A program made the position numbers and the translations under genes. The notes below the pieces were generated by a model. The model did no database searches. It saw only the letters and a list, made by a program, of their open reading frames with translations, and had not been told where the DNA came from. A stretch of DNA of 26,234 nt from positions 1 to 26,234 of the forward strand of contig JBAXIL010000023.1 of the NCBI GenBank assembly GCA_037138355.1. Reading direction: 5' to 3'. Source of the DNA: a bacterium (GTDB lineage: Bacteria > Oederibacteriota > PGYV01 > Palsa-1178). Of the stretch, positions 8,823-16,888 are shown piece by piece (position 1 is the stretch's first letter; each line of letters opens with the position of its first letter).

Positions 8823-9887
8823 ATGAAAAATCATCACCGTTTAAGCGGAGAAGTTTTTAAAAACGAAAAGTTTCTCTTTCCTGCAAAAATCACAACAGGA
8901 GAAGGAGAAATAAATAAAATAGACGCGGGGCCTTACAAGGCCCCGTTTTTATTTGCAGGCCCTTATGTCATGAAAACCTATGGCTCTAAAATAATAAAAA
9001 ATAATTCAGGAATAAAGCAGGCAATTTTTGCAGGTCAAGTTTGGCCTGGAGAGTTTTATCGGATTAAAAAAGTCGTGGCTGATGCTAAAACAGATGTGCT
9101 TTATGCAATGGGTGGCGGCAAGGTTATGGATTTAGCTAAGCTAATAAAAAAAGATTTACCTCATATAAAACTAATAAACATACCTACCTCTGCGGCTACT
9201 TGTGCGGCTATGACTCCTGTGTCTGTAATGTATTCAGAAGATGGTGAATATATGGACACTATAGATAGTGAAGTGCCAGATGAAGTGATTGTTGATTATG
9301 AAGTGTTGAGCACGCTCCCTATGACCTTTTATGCGGCAGGGGCAGCAGATACTTTAGCTAAATATTATGAAACCACAGCAGCAAGAAAAAATCTTAAAAA
9401 CAATTTAACAGCATCAGATGAGTTGTCTTACGCTATATCAACTGGGTGTAAAGATGCCTTAAAAAAAATAATATATCTTAAGTGGCATAAGATAGATGAA
9501 ACAACAAAAAGAAAACTTGCAGATATAAATATTATACAATCAGGACTTGCCTCTTGTGCCGGAAGATATTCAATCACTGCTTTAATCGCACACGCGGCAG
9601 CACACGCTGCCACAGCTGTAGTTGCGGCAAGGCAATATTTGCATGGCGAACACGCAGCAGCAGGGCTTATAGTTCAGGAAACAATGCTAAAAGGAAAGAA
9701 ACATTTGACTGAAATAAACTCGTTTTTTGAAATTATGGAACTGCCACTTAGCCTATCAGGAATAGGCATAAAAAAGGCCAATTTAAAGGTCTTTTATGAC
9801 AAATATACAGCCATAGATAATGCCGAACAAATAGCTGTTTATGCTGGAAAGAAACTTGTTTATAATATTTTAGAAGCGTATTTGTAA
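8823..9887 (+). CDS. Glycerol dehydrogenase-like (iron-containing alcohol dehydrogenase superfamily) oxidoreductase
   Basis: GGGKVMDLAK, IPTSAATCA, GAADTLAKYYE, metal ligands AHAAAH and HGE. Confidence 0.8.
   Translation: MKNHHRLSGEVFKNEKFLFPAKITTGEGEINKIDAGPYKAPFLFAGPYVMKTYGSKIIKNNSGIKQAIFAGQVWPGEFYRIKKVVADAKTDVLYAMGGGKVMDLAKLIKKDLPHIKLINIPTSAATCAAMTPVSVMYSEDGEYMDTIDSEVPDEVIVDYEVLSTLPMTFYAAGAADTLAKYYETTAARKNLKNNLTASDELSYAISTGCKDALKKIIYLKWHKIDETTKRKLADINIIQSGLASCAGRYSITALIAHAAAHAATAVVAARQYLHGEHAAAGLIVQETMLKGKKHLTEINSFFEIMELPLSLSGIGIKKANLKVFYDKYTAIDNAEQIAVYAGKKLVYNILEAYL
8926..8954. terminator. Intrinsic terminator-like hairpin, possibly bidirectional, inside the gldA-like ORF
   Basis: Perfect 8-bp stem CGGGGCCT/AGGCCCCG with TACA loop, followed by TTTTTATTT. 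An A-rich tract (AAATAAATAAAATAG) upstream gives a U-rich tail on the minus strand. Confidence 0.65.
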
Positions 9888-9899
9888 TAAACCGCAATA

Positions 9900-12800
9900 C
9901 TACCTTTTTACTTCAATGAAATAATTCAATGTCTTTGAATTCTCATCTGTTTTCATCATAACAGTGTTATTATCAGGGACTGTGAAGTTCTTATACTCTT
10001 CTTTTATATAATTGTTCGCATCAAGTGTATAAACTTTTACGGATTTAAATTTTGAAAGTGTAAACTTTAATTCTGAATAAACAGGTTCAAGCAGTATAGG
10101 GGCAGAGCCACCATAAATAACTGAGGTGTGGGCAGGACTATATTTTGTTCCTGTATTGTCCATACGGGCAACTGTATTAAGTAGAATCTTTGATGCACTG
10201 GCAAGCGGTAAGCCATCTATTGAAGAAGCAAAGATAGAAGCATAGAGGTTTGTTGATTTCACTCTAAAGTTTCTGAACTTGAAACCATCTTTTTCGGCTT
10301 TAATAAAACCTGCTACGCCCTGTATTTTATCTGCGTATATCTGAAAAACACCTTTGCTAAAGTTCCAGTAAAGTTGCTGGGTGAGTGACAAAGCGGCATT
10401 TTTGGTAAGTTTTGGATTATACTTCTTATCTGATTTTTCCAAATCAAATGTTTTATAAGATCTAATCATAAGTGGCGTTGTTAAATCATTGTTTATGAGT
10501 TTAAAAGAAGAGTTCTTGTTTGCAAAGAGAGAATCATCAGAAACATAGTCCACCAGTTTTTCTGGACTTGTTTTTACATAATTGCGGTTATATATGTAGT
10601 AAGCCGTGGACCAACTGGACAACATATCAGGGCACACAGAAAAATCTGCAAAATGTGCAAGGATGTTTTTCCATTCGAAATTTGAAAAATTAAATTGTAG
10701 CATAGCATCCCAACCATTGAGTCTGGAATACGATGCCATAATAAGAGGGAAGCCAGCGCGGTATTCGTTAGGGATTAGCGAATTATATTCCGTAACTGTA
10801 AATGGCTTGCCTAAAACTTGACTATGTCCAAGCTCGGCTACGCAGTTTAGTTTGGATTTAATCATAGGAGCATTTGTAAATGATATATTTTCCTGCATGG
10901 TCCAGCCACCAGAAGGATGATCCCAATAGGAATGACGATCAATAAAATCAAGGGAAGCATTTGCTTTTAAGTCAGCATCCCATTTTTCCCAATGATTTGA
11001 GCCTGTTATGAGTATTTTAGTGTCAAGCGAATGTATGAAATCATAAAAGTTCTTGAAAAAAGCAAGTTCTGTTTGATAATAAAAATCTTTTGTATCAGCT
11101 GTGCGACCACCACAAGAGGTGGAGCCAGTACGAGTCCAGTCTTCGTAGTTGTAGTTAAAAACGGCACGCGTCATATTGTTTTTATTAAAGTCTTCTGTGT
11201 TTGAAAGGTCTGAAACGCCTAACTTATTCCAGGCGTCTTTTAACTCGGGCATATTCTTGTAGCGAGCTTTAAGATAATCATTAAATAAAGTATCAAGCTT
11301 TGCTCTGTAAAACTGTGGAATGTCAGCGTTCCTGTCAAAATAGAAAAGAGTACTTTCGTTTACAATTTCTGTCATGACTATTGCTTGTTCGTCTTTGTAG
11401 CTGGTTTTTGTATATTGGTTTATATGAGTTAAAAGTTGTTTTATGTATTCTTTTGTTAAGTCCTGAAGCTTTTCATCAAAGTAAATTACTTCTTTAAAAC
11501 CAGCAGGGACTTTTTCGTGATTTTCTATGCCATCACCTTTTGCTACTTTTCTGTGCACGAGCATATCCATAAAAATATAAATGCCTGCCTCTTTAAGTTT
11601 GAAAATAAGATAATCAAGTTTTTCCAGTGATTCAGTAGAGAGAGTGCTTGTGGTGTCTCCATAATTTATAATTCCTGGATTTGCCCACCAAGCATCCATA
11701 TGATGCAACCGTACCATATTTACGCCAAGCTTAGAAAGTCGTTTTACCATTTTATCAGTGTCTGCGTGGTTTCTAAAAATATCACCTGCTACTATATTAG
11801 TTCCCCAAAATCTTGCTGAAGTGCCATCAGCAAATATTAAACTGCCAGTTTTTGAAATTATAAGTTCTCCGTGTTTTCCTGCTGGCTTATCAAGCTCTTC
11901 AGAAAAGTCGATAATCGCACCTGCCTTGTAAGTGTCTTCTTCAGCAGTGAAAGGAAACCATTTAGTCATATCTTCTGCTTTTATAATTTCTGGCTTTACT
12001 ATGCTACCTTTCTTATCAAGTGCGGTAACTTTAATATCATCAAACCACATAGTGCCAGAGCAGTCTAAAAGCCCAGCTCCTATTACGATATTTGTAGTGC
12101 CAGCTGGAACAGGGTAGTCCTTTGACCATAGCGTCCATTCATTGATATCATAAGCGGCTTCACCTGCAACAGGTGGCCAACCGCCGAGGCGTTCGCCTAA
12201 GGCATTATGAAACTCAATGGATATGCGTGCTTTTTCCCAATTATTGCTACCTTGCACAACACCAGATACTTTTACATAACCTGAAAGGTTGATTGAAGCT
12301 ACTTTTTTATCGTCAATAGGTATTTGCTGGGTTATCATGGAGTAGCCCTTTGATTTATTTGTTATCTTAAAACAGTTGGAAGATTTATAACCAGGAGATT
12401 CAAAGGAACCTTCGCCACTCAGCCAGCCACCCCAATAAAAAGGTAAAGTAGCGCCGTATTCCATGGAGCCATTAATCACGAAATCATTTTTTAATCTTGG
12501 GATATCAAGGTTATCGCCTGCCTCTATGGAAATATCATCTGCCCACATTTCTCCTAATGCGTTTGAAAGTTGCACTTGAAGTTTTATGGAAGTAGCGCCT
12601 ACTGGCACATTAATAATGTTGATTTTTTGTGACCAGTCAAAAGTACCTTTCCATCTTCCGAGTTCAGGCCAATCACCGACTTGTGTACCATTTTTGTCAA
12701 AAAATAAAACCATAACTCTTGCCATTTCCCAATCTTTTTCACCTTTGATAACATTTGATATTTTGATTTTGGCTTTAACGGTTATGACCTTTATCTTTTC

Positions 12801-13046
12801 AGAGTCAATAGGTATAGTTTGATTTGCCTCTATATATTGTGGGGAAGTGGTATTAGATAGTTTAAGTACTTTACTTCCGTCAGCGGTTTCTAAAGAAGTA
12901 GAGCTCGCAGAGGTTATAATCCAGTTAGAAGGAAAGTTCTTATTGTCTGATAAATCTTCAAAGCCAGGATTTTTTAACATGTTTGAAGCATTTAATAAGG
13001 AAAACGCGAAAGAGAGAATTATTGATAGAAATAGTGTTTTTTTCAT
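9900..13046 (-). CDS. Secreted multidomain glycoside hydrolase: signal peptide, two CBM4/9-like modules and a clan GH-A (GH5/GH42/GH148-like) catalytic domain
   Basis: MKK + hydrophobic signal peptide; repeats NMLKNPGFE...WADDISI and VINGSME...WFDDIKV; RFWGTN, NMVRLHHMD, EIVNES (acid/base-like), HSYWDHP, KPFTVTEYN (nucleophile-like). AGGAGG RBS at 13051-56 on the minus strand. Confidence 0.8.
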   Translation of the reverse strand: MKKTLFLSIILSFAFSLLNASNMLKNPGFEDLSDNKNFPSNWIITSASSTSLETADGSKVLKLSNTTSPQYIEANQTIPIDSEKIKVITVKAKIKISNVIKGEKDWEMARVMVLFFDKNGTQVGDWPELGRWKGTFDWSQKINIINVPVGATSIKLQVQLSNALGEMWADDISIEAGDNLDIPRLKNDFVINGSMEYGATLPFYWGGWLSGEGSFESPGYKSSNCFKITNKSKGYSMITQQIPIDDKKVASINLSGYVKVSGVVQGSNNWEKARISIEFHNALGERLGGWPPVAGEAAYDINEWTLWSKDYPVPAGTTNIVIGAGLLDCSGTMWFDDIKVTALDKKGSIVKPEIIKAEDMTKWFPFTAEEDTYKAGAIIDFSEELDKPAGKHGELIISKTGSLIFADGTSARFWGTNIVAGDIFRNHADTDKMVKRLSKLGVNMVRLHHMDAWWANPGIINYGDTTSTLSTESLEKLDYLIFKLKEAGIYIFMDMLVHRKVAKGDGIENHEKVPAGFKEVIYFDEKLQDLTKEYIKQLLTHINQYTKTSYKDEQAIVMTEIVNESTLFYFDRNADIPQFYRAKLDTLFNDYLKARYKNMPELKDAWNKLGVSDLSNTEDFNKNNMTRAVFNYNYEDWTRTGSTSCGGRTADTKDFYYQTELAFFKNFYDFIHSLDTKILITGSNHWEKWDADLKANASLDFIDRHSYWDHPSGGWTMQENISFTNAPMIKSKLNCVAELGHSQVLGKPFTVTEYNSLIPNEYRAGFPLIMASYSRLNGWDAMLQFNFSNFEWKNILAHFADFSVCPDMLSSWSTAYYIYNRNYVKTSPEKLVDYVSDDSLFANKNSSFKLINNDLTTPLMIRSYKTFDLEKSDKKYNPKLTKNAALSLTQQLYWNFSKGVFQIYADKIQGVAGFIKAEKDGFKFRNFRVKSTNLYASIFASSIDGLPLASASKILLNTVARMDNTGTKYSPAHTSVIYGGSAPILLEPVYSELKFTLSKFKSVKVYTLDANNYIKEEYKNFTVPDNNTVMMKTDENSKTLNYFIEVKR

Positions 13047-13075
13047 AAGTCCTCCTGATTGATTTTAGTAGTGAT

Positions 13076-13104
13076 ATTATACAAGTTACAGGAAAAGAAG
13101 GCAA
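13076..13104 (-). promoter_or_regulatory. Putative sigma70 promoter of the glycoside hydrolase
   Basis: Minus strand TTGCCT, 17-nt spacer, perfect TATAAT. Confidence 0.6.
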
Positions 13105-13152
13105 TTGCAGAATACAACTTTTTAGCAGGTATTTCTAATATGGCTTAATATA

Positions 13153-13181
13153 TTGCCAATTACGGTCTATTTTGTTATTAT
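13153..13181 (+). promoter_or_regulatory. Putative divergent sigma70 promoter of the hypothetical-pepA operon
   Basis: TTGCCA, 17-nt spacer, TATTAT with extended -10 TG (13173-74). Confidence 0.55.
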
Positions 13182-13210
13182 GGTATATCAAATCTTAGGC
13201 GGTGTTTATT

Positions 13211-13900
13211 GTGGAAGTCACTACAAGATTATATTCAATGGTTGTAGAAGCAGTATTTATACCAGCGCAGCTTGATGAAAAAAAATGCAGAGAGATATTT
13301 GACAAGGTCTCTGACTCTCACGCAATTACTACATACCAGTCACTACCTGATAACTCTGTGCTTATGTCATCAAAAGATGAAAAGGTAAACTTTTCGCGCT
13401 ACAGAATATCAAAAGACAGATTAAATATGTCCTATGATTATTGCACGCAAAGTGTGAATTATTATCAGGCAATTTCAGATGATTTTCTTAAAGTGTTTAC
13501 AAGCATAACTGGCAATTCTTTATTTCTAATGCACAGCGTAATAATAAGAAAACTTTTAAATATAAAAGAAGTTGAAGATGGCAGGGACTTTCTGATAAGC
13601 AAGGTATTCTCAATGACGGAGGCAAACTTTCAATCATTTAAAAGACCTCTTCATGCCATAGGCACAAGGTTGTTTTTTCCTCCTATTAAGGACGATATGT
13701 CTGCTTATGATGTGAAGATAGAATCTTGGATGGATGATTATAGAACTCTTTTTATAGAATGCGCAGGAGTTTACTCAACTCCTATGGACATAAAAACACA
13801 AAGCACTGGAATAGGGAGTAATATTACCAAGACCGATGAGTTTATCAATAAAAATGTAATGGGTTTTTTGTCACGCTTTAAGCAAGGCGTGGATATTTAA
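13211..13900 (+). CDS. Hypothetical cytoplasmic protein (~229 aa)
   Basis: Long ORF with a promoter; AGGCGG RBS-like at 13197-13202 favours GTG 13211 (alternative GTG 13202). No signal peptide, TM helix or motif I recognise. Confidence 0.75.
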   Translation: MEVTTRLYSMVVEAVFIPAQLDEKKCREIFDKVSDSHAITTYQSLPDNSVLMSSKDEKVNFSRYRISKDRLNMSYDYCTQSVNYYQAISDDFLKVFTSITGNSLFLMHSVIIRKLLNIKEVEDGRDFLISKVFSMTEANFQSFKRPLHAIGTRLFFPPIKDDMSAYDVKIESWMDDYRTLFIECAGVYSTPMDIKTQSTGIGSNITKTDEFINKNVMGFLSRFKQGVDI

Positions 13901-13916
13901 TTTAAAGGAGGAAGGT

Positions 13917-15404
13917 ATGAAAATATCAGCAATAAATAAAGAGCTGTTTGAAATAAATGCAGACATTTACATAGTTCCAGTTTTTAAAGGTATAAAAAAA
14001 CAGTTTTCAAGCGTATTGTACGGAAATCTTAAAACAAAAATAAACGATATGTGTGATTCTGGGGAAATAAAATCAGAATATAAAAAGAAGTCTTATTGTT
14101 CGCCTGAATTAAACGGTCAAATGAAAAAGATATTTTTTGTTGGTATGGGTGAATTAGAAAAACTGAATTTTGAAAAGCTAAGAGAAGTGGCTGGTTTTGC
14201 AATAAAAGAAATTAAGTCCTTGGGAGTTAAAACCGTAGCAGCAGTTTCATTCGCCACAGATGAAAAAGGTTTTACTGCGCAAGTGGAAGGCTTTTTACTT
14301 GCGGATTATGTTTATAATGAATTAAAAACAGGCAAGAAAGATGAACCGTTGAGCAGCATGGTAATTGCTACTGCTGATATCAATGCAAGCAATATAATAG
14401 AAGAGACGGCGATTGTGGCTGATGCTGTGTTTTTTGCTAAGAATTTAATGAATGGCCCTGGCAATTACACCACTCCGACAAAGTTTGCACAGGTAGCTAC
14501 TGCCTCAGCTAAACTTTCAAAAAAAATAAAGTTAAATATATTTGAATTAAGTGAAACAAAAAAAATGGGAATGGGCGCTTTTTACAGCGTGGCAAAAGGG
14601 TCCGAAGAACCTGCTAAGTTTATTGTGGCGGAGTATAAAGGCGCTGTTGCTACTAAAAAACCTATTGTATTTGTAGGAAAAGGAATCACCTTTGATTCAG
14701 GCGGAATATCTTTAAAACCTCAGTCAAGCTCTATGTCTAACATTGAAGATATGAAGTTTGATATGTCAGGTGCGGCTGCTGTAATTGCTCTTATGCGAAT
14801 AATAGCCATAAGACAATTGCCTATAAATGCTGTATTTATTGCGCCAGTGACTGAAAATCTTCCTTCTGGAAATGCTTTTAAGCCAGGGGATGTCTTAACT
14901 TCTATGTCTGGCAAAACTATAGAAGTAATATCTACGGATGCGGAAGGCCGTCTAATTCTTTGTGATGCTCTTTTTTATGCACAAAAATATAAACCCGCTC
15001 TGATAGTGGACATAGCAACTTTAACAGGTGCGTGTGTAATGGCTCTCGGTAAGTATGCAACTGGTCTTATGGCAAATGAAAATGCATTTACTGAGCATAT
15101 GAAAAAAGCAGGAGAAGATACAGGTGAGCGTGTTTGGCAATTGCCGATGTTTGAAGAATATGGAGAGTCCTTAAAAAGCAGATATGCTGATATGAAAAAT
15201 ATTGGATCAGGCGGAGCAGGAACGATTATAGCAGGACTTTTTCTAAAAGAGTTTATTGGAAATTATCCATGGATTCATTTAGACATTGCTGGGACTGCTT
15301 ATGGTATCAAAAATAAATCTTATATACCTGATGGCGTGGCAGCTACAGGCGTAAGATTGCTTTATGATTTTACTAAAAAAATCTTAAAGGGAGGGTTAGT
15401 ATGA
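13917..15404 (+). CDS. pepA: Leucyl aminopeptidase, M17 family
   Basis: AGGAGG RBS; VGKGITFDSGG, MKFDMSGAAAV, TENLPSG, STDAEGRL (NTDAEGR signature variant), DIATLTGA, WIHLDIAG. Confidence 0.95.
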   Translation: MKISAINKELFEINADIYIVPVFKGIKKQFSSVLYGNLKTKINDMCDSGEIKSEYKKKSYCSPELNGQMKKIFFVGMGELEKLNFEKLREVAGFAIKEIKSLGVKTVAAVSFATDEKGFTAQVEGFLLADYVYNELKTGKKDEPLSSMVIATADINASNIIEETAIVADAVFFAKNLMNGPGNYTTPTKFAQVATASAKLSKKIKLNIFELSETKKMGMGAFYSVAKGSEEPAKFIVAEYKGAVATKKPIVFVGKGITFDSGGISLKPQSSSMSNIEDMKFDMSGAAAVIALMRIIAIRQLPINAVFIAPVTENLPSGNAFKPGDVLTSMSGKTIEVISTDAEGRLILCDALFYAQKYKPALIVDIATLTGACVMALGKYATGLMANENAFTEHMKKAGEDTGERVWQLPMFEEYGESLKSRYADMKNIGSGGAGTIIAGLFLKEFIGNYPWIHLDIAGTAYGIKNKSYIPDGVAATGVRLLYDFTKKILKGGLV

Positions 15405-15919
15405 AAAAGTTTCTACTTTTATTGTTAGTTCCAGTTCTTGTTTTGAGTTCGGTTTTGACAGCTGAAAAAACAGGTTTCACAGATTTGAAAACAAAGCTGG
15501 CTGTGAGTTGTTCAGTAACAGGCAATAATGCTTCATTTAGATTTTGGCCGACAGATACTATGGGACTGGAGTTTTCTACAAGTCCAAGCATAGGCAATGA
15601 TTATATTAATTTTCCGCTTTCAGCAAAAATGCTTTTACCGATATTTGAAAAAGGTAACTTTGCGATTAATTTAGCTCCTGCAATAGCTTTTGCATACATA
15701 AAAAATAATGCGATATCAAGTAACTTTACATTTGGTTTTGGAGCAGTTCTATTACTTGAAATGGCAATCCCTATGATAAGTGAAAACTTAAGTATAGAAA
15801 GTGGTATAGGTGCAGGTTTTTCTGTGTTGTCTTCGACTATTGTTGGTTTCCCATCATCAACCAATTTAATTTTTGATATAGTAACTGTGAGTCCTTTGAT
15901 TTTAAGATATTACTTTTAA
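15401..15919 (+). CDS. Putative small outer-membrane beta-barrel protein
   Basis: MKK + hydrophobic signal peptide, amphipathic alternating strands, C-terminal LILRYYF ending in Phe (BAM-type signal). ATGA overlap with pepA. Confidence 0.6.
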   Translation: MKKFLLLLLVPVLVLSSVLTAEKTGFTDLKTKLAVSCSVTGNNASFRFWPTDTMGLEFSTSPSIGNDYINFPLSAKMLLPIFEKGNFAINLAPAIAFAYIKNNAISSNFTFGFGAVLLLEMAIPMISENLSIESGIGAGFSVLSSTIVGFPSSTNLIFDIVTVSPLILRYYF

Positions 15920-15975
15920 AAAAAGTATTGACTAAAAATTGCTAAAATAATAGAGAGGTTTTTAAAACAGAATAA

Positions 15976-16671
15976 ATGAAAAAAAATTTCACTTTTATAC
16001 CATCGGTAAAAAACATAGTATTTTTTTTCTTGACTTTCATAATTATTATTCTTGCTGTCTCTGCAACAGTTCAAATGGTTATCCTTGTAAGAGGCCTTTC
16101 GGTTAGCACTCCAGAAGAGATTTCATTCCTCGCTGGTTTTATAGTTTACCTGCTGATTCATTTTCTTCTTTATAAACCTATTTTTGCGCATGTTATGGCA
16201 CATGAACTTACTCACATACTTTGGGCTGCGGTCTTTGGTGGTAAAACGCAATCACTTCATGTATCTAAAACTGGTGGCAAGGTCTTGATATCAAAATCAA
16301 ATTTTATTATTTCTTTGGCGCCGTATTTTTTTCCTTTATATGCCATGGCAGCAACTCTAATTTATTACATAACCAGAGATGAGTATCGTGTCTATGCTGC
16401 ATTTTTTGTAGGAGCATCACTTTCTTTTCATATTGCTTTGACACTTTTTTCACTTACTACATCACAAAGCGATTTGAGGCAGGATAGCAACTTAGTTTTC
16501 TCTCTGGCTTTTGTTTACCTTATGAATATAATTATTATTGCTTTGATTTTAACCGTAATCACTAAGGAAATATCATTCGCGCATTTTGGAAACTTCTTAT
16601 TGGATATTTTCAAAGGGGTAGGTGACATAACTGTACAGGTCGTTAGTCAGGTAAATGCTGCTTTGAAATAA
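15976..16671 (+). CDS. Integral membrane HExxH zinc metallopeptidase-like protein (M50B/DUF3267-like)
   Basis: AHELTH inside a TM segment, GG loop, SLAPYFFP motif, distal QSD Asp; about five hydrophobic helices. Confidence 0.65.
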   Translation: MKKNFTFIPSVKNIVFFFLTFIIIILAVSATVQMVILVRGLSVSTPEEISFLAGFIVYLLIHFLLYKPIFAHVMAHELTHILWAAVFGGKTQSLHVSKTGGKVLISKSNFIISLAPYFFPLYAMAATLIYYITRDEYRVYAAFFVGASLSFHIALTLFSLTTSQSDLRQDSNLVFSLAFVYLMNIIIIALILTVITKEISFAHFGNFLLDIFKGVGDITVQVVSQVNAALK

Positions 16672-16721
16672 GGGGTTTTCTTGCGTGTAATAGATAAACT
16701 TTTTAATAAACATAATAAAAG

Positions 16722-16750
16722 TTGACAATCTACCATTTATTTGTTATTTT
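16722..16750 (+). promoter_or_regulatory. Putative sigma70 promoter of pckG
   Basis: TTGACA, 17-nt spacer, TATTTT with extended TG. A second candidate TTGACC-16-TACTAT lies at 16754-16781. Confidence 0.5.
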
Positions 16751-16888
16751 TCTTTGACCTTAAAAGGCAGCATAATACTATAAAAAATGATTAACATAAA
16801 CCAATATGAAGGTGTGAAAGCTGTAGTAGCTCTCCCTTAAGTATTGGCTATTTTTATATCTAAAAAAAAATTAAACAGGAGAACTAAA

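Noticed and set aside
13141..13158. Sigma-54 (-24/-12) promoter TGGC...TTGC
   Set aside because: GG to GC spacing is 11 nt on both strands, not the required 10.
16844..16888. Upstream ORF-track starts for pckG (16844), sdhD (2907), rpsO (6408) and hpf (22902)
   Set aside because: RBS positions and family N-termini support starts at 16889, 2922, 6420 and 22917.
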